From contig OX597814.1 of the NCBI GenBank assembly GCA_951406725.2, positions 163,308,001-163,372,000 of the forward strand: 64,000 bases of DNA. Direction: 5' to 3'. Position numbers and translations under genes: made by a program. The stretch is from Octopus vulgaris (taxonomy: Eukaryota). Shown here piece after piece: positions 47,790-59,931 of the stretch (position 1 is the stretch's first letter; the number at the start of each line of letters is the position of its first letter). The notes under the pieces were generated by a model. It saw only the letters and a program-made list of their open reading frames with translations, was not told where the DNA came from and did no database searches.

Positions 47790-49400
47790 CCACCCACCAT
47801 CACCTCGGCAGTGAAGAAAAGCACCACAGAGCACTGGAGTGGCTGGACCATACCCACCCAGGATGCTGAGGACAACAGTCAGGTGAAAAGAATGACTGCA
47901 CTTGCAATAGGGGCTAGCATAAGAACCACATAGTAAAATTTAACAGGACACTATACATGTAGGTTCAAGATGCAACCATTGGTGTCAGTGTGGCTGGAGA
48001 TGTGGCCAGCCTCTTCATGACCTGGTGAGACAGAAAACTTAAACAATACTTAGCAGAACAATCCACAACTGTTTTGCTTTACTGTTGGTATGTAGATAAC
48101 ATTAATATTCTAGTTAGGACAAACTCTAATAACTGTAATGTTGAAACCGAGTGGGGCATAATGGAGAGTCTCCAGCATGTAGCTAACTCTATCCACCAAA
48201 GTATCAAGGTAACTATAGATTACCCCACTAGACACCCTAACAATAATTGTGTACAGTGCTCAGGTGCACTACAACTCATCTAAAGTGTATATATAATCAG
48301 GTGTAGTTTCGGCGGATTTCGGAAAGCATGAGGGCCTTAAAAGATGCAGTGTCATGGCAGTCAACAACTGATGCAGGCAGTTTATTCCATGCTTCAGCAA
48401 TTCTGAGCGTGAAAAAATGTTTCCGAAAGTCATGGGAGCTGTATTGTTTTCTGACTTTGTAGGCATGTCCACGTGTGTATCAAGGTAACTATAGATTACC
48501 CCACTAGACACCCTAACAATAAACTCCCTGTCCTTGATACTGAACTTTAGTTAAAGACTGAACAACAGAGTGCAGCTCCTCCACTCTTATTACATGAAGC
48601 CCATAGCTTATAAATATGTTGTTCACAAGAACTCAACTTTGTCACAAAACATGAAAATCAACATACTGATAGCAGACTTAGTTACGATAATGAACAATGT
48701 GTCCCCACTATGCAGACCCTAAGAAACAAAGAAACATGTACAGAACTTCATGCAATTCTCTAGATATAATCAGAAAAATAGGGTTCGGGTATACAGGGGA
48801 GCTAGAAAGAAGTTAGATAGCATTATATATAATGAAACCAATGGTATCTGCTCTAATAGAAGTAAAGACTGGAATACGACACAAAGAATTTGTCACAAAA
48901 GCAAACAGAGTGAACACTTGGTACAAGACTGACAAATATCAAAAAGTGATGTTTGTAGAGGCTGAAGCCCATGGAGAACTAGCCCAAATGTTTCGGAAAG
49001 CTCTGAAGGAGGCTAAACTTTATATTAAGATCGTTGAAAAGCCAGGGAGCTCCAACAGATCACAACTATGTAGGACATACCACATGCACCAATGACAACT
49101 GCATAGTATGTAAGATTTAACCTTGGCATTAACTGTAGAACTAGAAATGTAGTCTACAGCATAAGGTGCATAGAGGGTGTTTGTAAAGACAAGAACATGA
49201 CAATAATTGGTGAGACATCTAGAAGCATTGCAGAGAGACTAAATGAACATTTGAGACAATATGGTGACAAAAAACAGTCCACTATACTCTACCAACATGG
49301 AGGTGCACTGGGTCAACTTGACATCTGCATTTTATCCAAGCTTTCGAAGGACTCAACACTCAGACAAATAGAGGAGTACGTCCTCAGTAGTAAATAGGAA
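47790..49400 (+). mobile_element. Penelope-like retroelement remnant (RT + GIY-YIG endonuclease)
   Basis: IGVSVAGDVASLFM, WYVDN (YVDD), SIKVTIDYP..NNKLPVLD, YYMKP, EKPG, C..C..NCRTRNVVYSIRC, IGETSRSIAERLNEH, LRQIEE; many stops and frameshifts. Confidence 0.85.
48247..48476 (-). mobile_element. CR1 LINE 3'-end fragment inserted in the Penelope RT, flanked by 46-bp direct repeats
   Basis: Minus strand reads TRGHAYKVRKQYSSHDFRKHFFTLRIAEAWNKLPASVV; direct repeats at 48201-48246 and 48477-48522. Confidence 0.85.
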
Positions 49401-49473
49401 ATATGGATAGAAGGTAGTCATACTACAATACCCACAGTTTATATATACACTGGTAGAGTTGTTAGTAGGCTGT

Positions 49474-49781
49474 TATCATCATCATCATCATCATCATTTA
49501 GCGTCCGTTCTCCATGCTAGCATGGGTTGGACGGTTCAACTGGGGTCTGTGAAGCTGGAAGGCTTCATCAGGCCCAGTCAGATCTGGCAGTGTTTCTACG
49601 GCTGGATGCCCTTCCTAACGCCAACCACTCCGTGAGTGTAGTGGGTGCTTTTTACGTGCCACCCGCACAGGTGCCAGACAGAGCTGGCAAACGGCCATGA
49701 ACGGATGGTGCTTTTACGTGTCACCGGCACGGGGGCCAGGCGAGGCTGGCAACGGACACGAACGGATGGTGCTTTTACGTG
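49474..49781 (-). mobile_element. RTE 3'-end fragment with three 3'UTR repeat units
   Basis: (ATC)n followed by gtccgttctccatgctagc... and repeated ggtgcttttacgtg. Confidence 0.85.
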
Positions 49782-52106
49782 AGGTAGATGGATATATAAA
49801 TAAACAGATAGATAAATAGGTATACAAACACACACATACACAAATGAAGATCAAAACACATGACGATATACACACACACAAGGACGCATGGAGATACACT
49901 CAAACATGCACACACAAGGAGACAGAGGTACACACATGCATACATATATATATATATATATGCATACACATACATATGTGTATACACATGTGCACAAACA
50001 AAAAGAATGCAGCTCTGATAACAGACAGTCAACAACTATTGAAAAGGTTGGAAGACGCAATGAAAATTTTAGGAAAAATAAATAAATAAATGAGTAGAAA
50101 TTGAACTGGTGAGTGTGTTAAATAATAAAGCACTAAAAGAGAATGACTCTCTCCAGACACAATAAAATATGCTTCAACACACAAATTCACATAAAGAATC
50201 TTGCAAACCGAATACAAAGACAAAATAAAAAATTATTGTTATGCAGATAAAGTAAGGTGGCAAGCTAGTGGAATCATTAGCACACCATGCAAAATGCTTA
50301 GTGTTTCATCTGTTTTTACATTCTGAGTTCAAATACCACTAAGGTGAAGTTTACCTTTCATCCTTTCAGAGTCAGTGTAGTTGACTTATCCCCACTCCCA
50401 CTGAAATTGCCTGCACTGTGCCAAAATTTGAAACCAATATTATGCAAGCAAAATTGTTTGTTTAAGAAGTTTGCATTTCTACATCTTTGTTTCAGATTTG
50501 ATTTCACTGCTTGGTACCTTGGGCAGGTGTTATCTATTGTTGTCTCAGGTTCACCATGAACAGAATTAGGTTGACAGAAACTGGAAGAATACAGAGTGTG
50601 TGTGTATAATTATACTGGATGAATATTATATGCACATAAAAGTATATCTTTTCATATTGTGATGAATGTAAACATCACTAAGGATAGCACAAAGCTAGTG
50701 CTCTTTGAATGATGTCTTGTAATGTTTGTTCTGCATTAATTTACACAGGTACTCCTTTAGCTCATGTCAGAAACGCAATTAATGATGTGTTGGAAAACTA
50801 TAACTATTATAATGGAAGGCAAGGTTTACAATATCGGAAGAATATCGTCTTCTTCCATCATCTTTTGTTCTTCGTGTAGTTCAGGCTTCTGGCAGGCGAA
50901 GAGAGAAGACATCAAGTACAAACGCTATTTTCAACTGGTTTTATTTACGTTTTACAGGATAGGTGAAGTGTGCTGCTCTCAGCAACCATCTTAAGCTGTG
51001 TGCATTGTATAGTAGCTCCATTAGTGTGGGCACAAATTACCTCTGGAGGTACACATGCAGAAAGGCCCAGTCAGTGGTGGTGTTCAGCCAGCACTGCTGT
51101 GAAGTGGTGCCAAAAGAGACAGGTCTAAATTGGGTTTTCCCTTATGTAGTTTTCCATCACGAGCCTTGTTGTGATCTCACACATGGCAAATGGATGCAGG
51201 TGAAGTCTCGCTCCAGTCTCGGAGATGGCAAGGGCTGCCATGAGATCTCATCCATTATGGCACTGACTGCTTGTGCCGCTACACTATTATTACTTTTGTT
51301 CATCAAGTGTAATATAAAATTTTACAAAATAAATAAACTTTTTATAAGATGTTTCTTTCATATAAAAGTTTGCAAGCAATACACTTATCAAATTCATTAT
51401 GTGTTTTATAAAATAGATGATGCTTAAAGCTGGAAAGTTTAAATTGTAGTCGTGGCCAGTGTCACATACATGCTTGGAGTGGTTGGCATTAGGAAGGGCA
51501 TCCAGCCATAGAAATCATGCCAAATCAGACTGGAACCTGGTGTAGACCTCTAGCTTACTAGTTTGAGTCAAACCATCAAACTCATGCCAGCATGGACAGC
51601 AGATGCTAAATGATGATGATGATGTGATGATTGTTTTGTGACTGTTATTCTTGCATTCTTTTATTTGTCTCAGTCATTGGACTGCAGCTATGCTGTTGCT
51701 GCCCTGAAGTGTTTAGTGTTATTTTATATTTGGTATTTATTTTCTTGCTCATTTATTCAACCACTAAGTTACAGGGACATAAACAAACACCAGTTGTCAA
51801 GCTGTGTCAGTTTGTCAGCACAAACACAGACATATATACACACATGTACATACATGCATACTCCCACAAGCAATTGAGTAAGTGAATGAATGAATGAATG
51901 CCAAACCAATAGGAATGATGTGAAGGAGATGTTTCTTTCATATAAAAGTTTGCAAGCAATACACTTATCAAATTCATTATGTGTTTTATAAAATAGATGA
52001 TGCTTAAAGCTGGAAAGTTTGAATCGTAGTCATGGCCAGTGGTAATGATTGACTTATCAATATCTATAAATCTGCCTTATAATGATGTCGGTATGTGCAA
52101 TAAGAT

Positions 52107-52973
52107 CACATTATTAAAAACAACCTTCCATTAATATGACATCTTTTTAATGCCTTCAAAAGACAAATATTGTTGTCAATAATTCTGTATTCTTTTAATG
52201 ATTTCATCATTATGTTGTAGTTGTTTAGTCTCAGAAAAATCCTAATGGGTCAAACCTATGGTTAGAAGACCTTCAAACTATTACCACCCCACAAAGTATT
52301 ATCCAAGTCTTGTATTATTCAAGCTAGTAGATTTTAGATGTGGGTCTCTCTCTCTCTCTTTCACTTTTTCAGAGAGAGACTGAAGGTGGGAGAAAAACCA
52401 AGAGTTTAGCATCACACATATTTTCAAATGTTCCATATACTGACACTTGTACAAATTAAATTAATGTAATTCTTTTATTACAGACACTACCAATTCACCT
52501 CTGTCTTTCTCAAATTCCTTTGTTAACTGATAGTAGGGTGTGGTTTGAGGGAGATTTGATTGCTGTCCCTGTGAGATGGTGAATAATAATAGTTTTGTGG
52601 ATGATCATTTTGTAGTTTCTGAATATAAGATAATATATACAGACAATTCAGATTTATAGATTTATATATTTCCAGCTGACCTTCAAAGTTAAACTAGAGT
52701 AGTCTTATTTCCATTATATTATTTCAATAGTGTTGTTCAATAATGCACATTATTAAAAACAAACTTCCATTAATATGACATCTTTTTAATGCCTTCAAAA
52801 GACAAATATTGTTGTCATTTTATTCTCATTATTTCTGCTAACTCTTTCACACTTCATGTATGGAATTTGTGAATAAATGATTTGCCAAAAGTATGCTGAG
52901 AGATGGAAGTCATCAATAACCACAAAGTATTATCCAAGTCTTGTATTATTCAAGCTAATAGATTTTGGTAGTG

Positions 52974-53060
<87 letters not shown>

Positions 53061-53617
53061 TTCTGTTCAGGGAGAGACTGAAGGAGGGAGAAAAACCAAG
53101 AGTTTGGCATCACACATATTTTCAAACGTTCCATATACTGACACTTGTACAAATTAATGTAATTCTTTTATTACTGAGACTACCAATTCACCTCTGTCTT
53201 TCTCAAATTCCTTTGTTAACTGATAGTAGGGTGTGGTTTGAGGGAGATTTGATTGCTGTCCCTGTGAGATGGTGAATAATAATAGTTTTGTGGATGATCA
53301 TTTTGTAGTTTCTGAATATAAGATAATATATACAGACAATTCAGATTTATAGATTTATATATTTCCAGCTGACCTTCAAAGTTAAACTAGGGTAGTCTTA
53401 TTTCCATTATATTATTTCAATAGTGTTGTTCAATAATATAAGGATTTAAATGGCAAATATTTTTTTAATTGATTGCATTGTTACAGACACACTTATTCCT
53501 ACTGATGTTTACATTTTATTCTCATTATTTCTGCTAACTCTTTCACACTTCATGTATGGAATTTGTGAATAAATGATTTGCCAAAAGTATGCTGAGAGAT
53601 GGAAGTCATCAATAACC
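52107..53617 (+). repeat. Mosaic tandem duplication containing a (CT)n microsatellite (long run ~52976-53051)
   Basis: Block B 52290-52744 matches 52920-53436; block A 52107-52178 matches 52746-52817; block C 52816-52921 matches 53512-53617. Confidence 0.85.
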
Positions 53618-55196
53618 TATTCTAATTGGCTTTGTATTGTTAAATGTATAAAAATTCCATTTTAAAATGTAAACTTTTACTCTATTTCCTTACTGTCTTT
53701 AGGCACCCTATTACTGAATCATTAGCCTTATCATCACCATCATCTTTCCACCAGCTATTTTTATATACGTCTGTGGCTTAGACAGGATTTATTTCCTGTG
53801 GCCAAATGCTGTTCCTGTCACAAACATTTAGCTGTTTCCAAGCAAGATGATACTTACTCTAATCTGGATATGTTTTCATAAGAGATTAATCTTTCTCAAG
53901 CCTTGACTGGATATTGTTGTCATGTGAATGTACTATGTAATATATATATATATATATACACATTCAGCTGTATTTCTGAACTGGGCATAGTTGTATGGTT
54001 AAAAGTTTGCTTTGCAGTTTTGTGATTTTAGATTCAGTACTTTAGTCTTCTGACCATAACTTTGTGATTAAAATTCAGTAGACAGAAAGAGTGGGGAATT
54101 CTGTAAGATGAACCTGGCCCTTAAAGGTAAAAGTAAAGTTACCTTCTCAAATCATACCAACTCAGAAGGGCTGGTTTCATGGCGTACATATTCCCCACCT
54201 GAATGGGATGCTTGTCCATCGCAGCATTACTCATTATTTTTGCCAGCTGAGTGGACTGGGGCAACACGAAATGAAGTGTTTTGCTTAAGAACACAATGCG
54301 TTGCTCAGGCCAGGAATTGAAACAACAATTTTACAGTCATGAGTCCAACATCCTAATTGCTAAGCCACATGCCTCTACAACTCAGCCCTTAGGTGTCTTT
54401 AGCAGAGTTCACTAAGTTGCAAGAATTTAGGTCATGTTTTTTGTTATCATTCAGAAGGCAGCTTGACATCACTGTTCTATTTAGTGAACGTAGCCTTTGC
54501 TCTGATCCTGCAATTCCTCTCACATTACCATTAGAGAAAAGTAATGTATAATCACAACTATTTCTTTCAGCCACCATGTATAGGAATGAAGATTTATATC
54601 AGGGGTCTTGAAAGTGGTCGATAGGACTATTCTAAGGGTCGATTAATACCTGAAACTGCACATCTACTTAATTATTATTTATTTATTTTCTTGTACATTC
54701 CTGGAGGTTGATGAGGGGTCAGACTGAAACAAGTAAAAGTTAAAACTGTTAACTGCTAAGAACTTATGCAGCTGTCCCACAGAAAAGAAAGCATTAAAGG
54801 TTTCCTGTTGCAACACACACTTCATCTCAGTAAATTTTCTGATGACACTGCTACAGTAGTGATTGAGAATGACCCCTTGTTGTATTTCCTGATTGACTGT
54901 GACTTGTCCTCATTGATGCTGAGAAGAAAGACAAATGGAAATGCTATTATGAAAGGTTGCTGAAAGAGGAGAGTGTTTGAGAGAAAGAGGGACTACTCCA
55001 AGTTGACTCACCAATGGGATTAACTATGGAAATTGACAGCTATATGGTTCAAATAGCCAATGCAGCTGATCCTTCAGAGATAGTTTTTGAGACACTAAAA
55101 ATGCTCAAGCACTCAGTCAATTAATTAATGTAATACAAGTCTATCAACATAGATGTTTTATTACACTGCAGAGTGACATGCAAAACTTATTTAAAT

Positions 55197-55730
55197 TCAT
55201 TATCATCATCATTTAATGCCTGCTTTCCATGCTGGCATAGGTTGGACGCTTTGACTGAGGTCTGGCAAGCCAGTGGGCTGCACCGGGCTCCAATCTGATC
55301 TGACAATGTTTCTACAGCTGGAAGCCCTTCCAAATGCCAACCTCTCCAAAAGTGTAGTGGATGAATTTTACATGCTACCAGCATGGGAGCCAGTTAGGGG
55401 GTACTGGCATCAACCATGTTTGCATGGTGCATTTTACATGCCACCAGCACGGGAGCCAGTCAGGCGGCACTGGCCATGGCTATGATTTCAATTTTACTTG
55501 ACTCAATAGGTCTTCTCATCCATATCATATCACCCAACACTTCAAGGGTACTTTTAAATGGGCTGATCATGCAACACTGGCATTGGCCATGGCTGTGATC
55601 TCACCTTACTTGCCGGGTCTTCTCAATCACAGCATATCTCCAAAGGTCTCAGTCTCTTGTCATTGCCTCTGTGAGGCCCAACGTTCAAAGGTCATGCTTC
55701 ACCACTTAACCCCATGTCTTCCTGGGTCTG
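55197..55730 (-). mobile_element. RTE 3' fragment (end of ORF + 3'UTR + tail), followed by SINE B on the minus strand (~55750-55935)
   Basis: Collinear with 13995-14500. Confidence 0.85.
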
Positions 55731-58036
55731 CCTCATTCATACATAACAATAATCCTTTCTACTATAGGCACAAGGCCTGAAATTTTGGAGGAGAGGGTTA
55801 AGTCGATTACATCAACCCCAGTACTACACTGCTACTTAATTTATCGACCCTGAAAGGATGAAAGGCAAAGTTGACCTCTGAACATAAGGACAGATGAAAT
55901 GCAGCTAATCATTTTGCCCAGCTCACCGCCTTGGTCAATCTAAGAGTGTGACAAGACATTTTCCCAAATACACAGTGAGAACAAACCTTAACTATGTGGT
56001 TGAGAAGCAGGCATTTCAATAGCAAAACCCATTATAGCCTCATATTTCTCTCTGTTCTCCTTAGTAACAAATTGTTTGTTATATGAATGACATTTATTAA
56101 CCAGCAATTTTCTTAATCAATCAGTGTACTAACTTAAACATTCTCTTTAAAATTATTTCATCGCCACTTTGGCAAATATGATGAAGTCTATACTTCACTG
56201 AGGAGGATATAATGTGGCCAATACATATCTGGAGTAGCCACCCATACTTGCTGAAATAAACTAATTAATGTTGTTTTTTCTTCATCAGATAATCATTTCT
56301 TGTTAAATTTTTTAAGGTTCCCAATATTAACTATGTTAATGGTAACTTAAATTTTGCTCACGCCATAACAAGCACATATTGTGATATAAATTCTCTCTCA
56401 AGATATTGGAGCACTTTAGCAATTGATTCTAAAATAATAACTTCGATTTTATTCAAATGCCTCTCCTTTAGTTGTAATACTTAATTTCTACTTATTAACT
56501 CACAAGAATTAATTACTTTTTTTCAGCTATTATATCTGACAAAAATACTGAACTCAAATCTTTTGTTTTTGGTAGTATAACAATCCAAACTTTCTGATTC
56601 TCAACAGTTACATCGTTTTATAAAAAGGTTTCTTATTCACTCTGCTTAAATTCTTAAGAGTGGTGCTCTACTCTTTGCATATATTAAACTCTTCTCAAAC
56701 CTACTGAAAAGTATCAACAAAATTTAATTTAACGGGTTAATTCAGTTGATAATTTACGACCAAAAGCTTAGAAACAAGAACCATAAACAAACACTGCAGC
56801 CATAAACAAAAAAAAAACCGCTGCTCAAAATAGTTGCTCTATTTATTTTTGCATAGTATTTATTTCGGTATATTTTGCATGTATACTATTTATGCAAATA
56901 AATAAACTTTAAAAAGACGTTAAAATTCAGCAGTACTCGGCGAAATTTTTGCGCAAAATGTTTTACGAAATTATAAGAAACTATAATCACATCACCCGAT
57001 ACACCATATATGGTCATGGAGTGGCGCTAACCATTTTCAAACGGTTTCGGTATTCTGTTGTTTCTAAAACGCACAGCTAATATCACAGTCTAAACACACA
57101 AAAGAAAGGAGTATTTAATGGCGCTATTAAAAGGTATTTATGTATAAATGGATAAAATGATATCAGGATATTTTATTGTTTGTATTGAAAGTTTATCCAT
57201 TACCGGTGTTAACTAAAAACATTTTCCTCGTTGAAAATGTTTAACGCAGTTTTCTGTATTTCTCCTATTAAAAAGTAGTCTTTCAAAAAATTTCTTATAC
57301 GAATTAAACTATGTATGTAGGTGATATCAGAATGCCTATAAACCTCTTGATGGTATTTTTGTTCTTTTAATTTTTTATCTTTCATCGTTCTCTCGGCAAC
57401 CACTGTGACGTTTCTGAATTTACTAAGTCCACTCCTTATTTCTCATCTAATTAATTTCAGTGGAACCAAACAAATCAATTTTCGGCATATTTAATAACAA
57501 AAATATCCCTTTTAATTTCTATATAATCATAAGTCGCATTTGCTTATTAACGCTTTGGTTGACTGCACCGTATATTTGTAATTATAAGTTATGTTCAGCT
57601 AAAAGTCCAATTTCAACTTTTCTGTTAGTTTGGTTTACAAAATCTACACTGAGTGACTGATGTACTCTTGGTCAAATTAAACAGAATCCAGGATTTGTTG
57701 TTGATAAATAATATAAAATCTAAAACCTCGGTTTGTTTTTTCTGTATTTTTATTTTCTTTCCTTGATGAACAAAATGATATTTTGTGGGAGGGTAACGTA
57801 AACAAATTCTCTGTGTTATAGGTAACACGGCATAACTACAGATTTCTGCTCTCCCCGCACCAACTTGGGATGATCATAACTTTCAGAAAAATGAAATTTT
57901 CTACGAATATGTATTTTATCATGTAGATTCCGAATATACATAAGTTTTTGGGGAACATGTTTTAGGAGAGGTGGGGTGAGGATTTCGGAAAATTCACTGG
58001 AGTCCAATTCGTCTTAACTTTCAAGAAAATGAATAC

Positions 58037-58715
58037 TTTTTAATGAAATCCTCTACAAATATACCTCGCACTATGTAGATTCTGAGGACATAGGAATTTT
58101 GGGGGGAAACAATTGGGAGTTATTTTGAAAACCGTTCCCCACTCGGAGGTGTTTCGGAATAAGTCCATGTTTATTTCATTTTGTCCGTTTTGTGCGATTG
58201 TGCATCCGTAGATTTCCACTGAAGCAACAAACGGGCTATGAAGGCAAACGAAGCCCTCGCCAGAAAACTCGTTATGCTAAAAATAACAGCTAAAGGTCTA
58301 GTATACAGAAACACTTCTATATTTAACTGTGCGTGTATATTCCTTATTTTTGTTTCTGGTGTCTTCTGCTTCTCTATTAGAAATGTTTACCTGGGAATTT
58401 ACTTAAAGTGGAAAAAAATCGTATGCAACATATAAGGGATCTTTACCTTTTGACCGACAGATCCCATAATCTATAATAAACACGATATTGAATGGAACGT
58501 TTGAACGTGTGTGTGTGTGTATATATATGGTAGAAATCTATGGAAGCACAAACGCACAAAACAGAGACAATGGACGACTTGTTCCGAAACAACCCCGAGA
58601 GGGGAACAGTTCTCAAAAATAATCCCAAATTGTCCCCCCCCTCCCCAAATTCCTATGTCTTCAGAATCTTACATAGTCCGAAACATATTTGTAGAGTATT
58701 TCATTAAAAAATATT
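58037..58715. mobile_element. Foldback / MITE-like element with ~180-bp diverged inverted arms
   Basis: tttaatgaaatcctctacaaatat..gacataggaattt..agatttc (58037-58219) pairs with gaaatct..aaattcctatgtc..atatttgtagagtatttcattaaaa (58530-58715). Confidence 0.65.
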
Positions 58716-59066
58716 TTGACCTTAAGTAACTGCTAGTTCAATTCTCATTAAATTGAGTTTCTGATCTTGTGTCATGTACTCTTCTCTCTCAATCACATTC
58801 TCTTTACTTCAATTACGTATATTCATTGGCTGGAAAGTAATTTACAAATAATGCGTTTCAGCTTTTAATAAAGCTGTAGGATCCAAACATTGTTATTTCA
58901 AAAGTAGTTACATAGATGTAAAGCCATACACCTATGTTACTCTTCTATGATTACCTTTGTTGGTTGCTTCGTATTATTTCCAGTAAACATATATTTGTTA
59001 GTTGATATCCGTCTTTAAAATGAAAATTTAAACAAAGTAAAAAATATTTCTTTAAAGAATTGCATA

Positions 59067-59231
59067 GGTGCAGAAGTGGCTGTGTGGTAAGTGGCTTGCT
59101 TACCAACCACATGGTTCCGGGTTCATTCCCACTGCGTGGCACCTTGGGCCAGTCTCTTCTACTATAGCCTCAGGGCGACCAAAGCCTTGTGAATGGATTT
59201 GGTAGACGGAAACTGAAAGAAGCCCGTCGTA

Positions 59232-59284
<53 letters not shown>

Positions 59285-59497
59285 ATATGTTTGTGTGTCT
59301 GTGTTTGTCCCCCCAACATCGCTTCTCAACCGATGGTAGTGTGTTTACGTCCCCGTAACTTAGCGGTTCGGCAAAAGAGACCAATAGAATAAGTACTAGG
59401 CTTCCAAAGAATAAGCCCTGGGGTCAATTTTCTCGACTAAAGGCGGTGCTCCAGCATGGCCGCAGTCAAATGACTGAAGCAAGTAAAAGAGTAGAAA
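59067..59497 (+). mobile_element. SINE family A copy
   Basis: Full length, with an internal (TA)n(TG)n. Confidence 0.88.
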
Positions 59498-59514
59498 GAG
59501 TATCTCATCAGGAA

Positions 59515-59931
59515 CCAATGACCTGACACCGGCATCGACCACGACTTTGGTTTCACTTGGTTTGACAGGTCTACATAAGCACGGTATATTGCCAAAGGTC
59601 TTGGTCACTTGTCACTGCCTCCATGAGGCCCAAGGCTTGAATGGTGCTTTTTACATGCCACCAGCATTGGCCATGCCAGTGCCGGTGGCATGTAAAAAGC
59701 ACTATTCAAACATGGTCGATGCCAGGACCCCCTGATTGGCCCCTGTGCCAGTGGTACTTAAAAAACACCCACTACTCTCTCAAAGTGGTTGGCATTAGGA
59801 AGGGTATCCAGCTGTAGAAATCTTGCCAGAACAGATTAGAGCCGGATGCTGCTTCCTGGCTTGCCAGTCCTCAGTCAAACCATCCAGCTCATGCCAGCAT
59901 GGAAAGCAGACGTTAAGCAATGATGATGATG
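59515..59931. mobile_element. RTE 3'-end derivative with an inverted 5' segment
   Basis: 59515-59668 is in minus orientation; 59679-59931 is in plus orientation and ends in (GAT)n. Confidence 0.7.

Noticed and set aside
47437-50089. Numerous C/V/Y/M- or H/T/I-rich ORFs of 60-130 aa (here and throughout the window)
   Set aside because: Translations of (TG)n, (TA)n, (CT)n and (GAT)n microsatellites and SINE bodies.
50963-51427. 154-aa ORF in a slightly GC-richer patch
   Set aside because: No recognisable domain and a non-ATG start; it runs into AT-rich duplicated sequence, so it is likely an unclassified repeat remnant.
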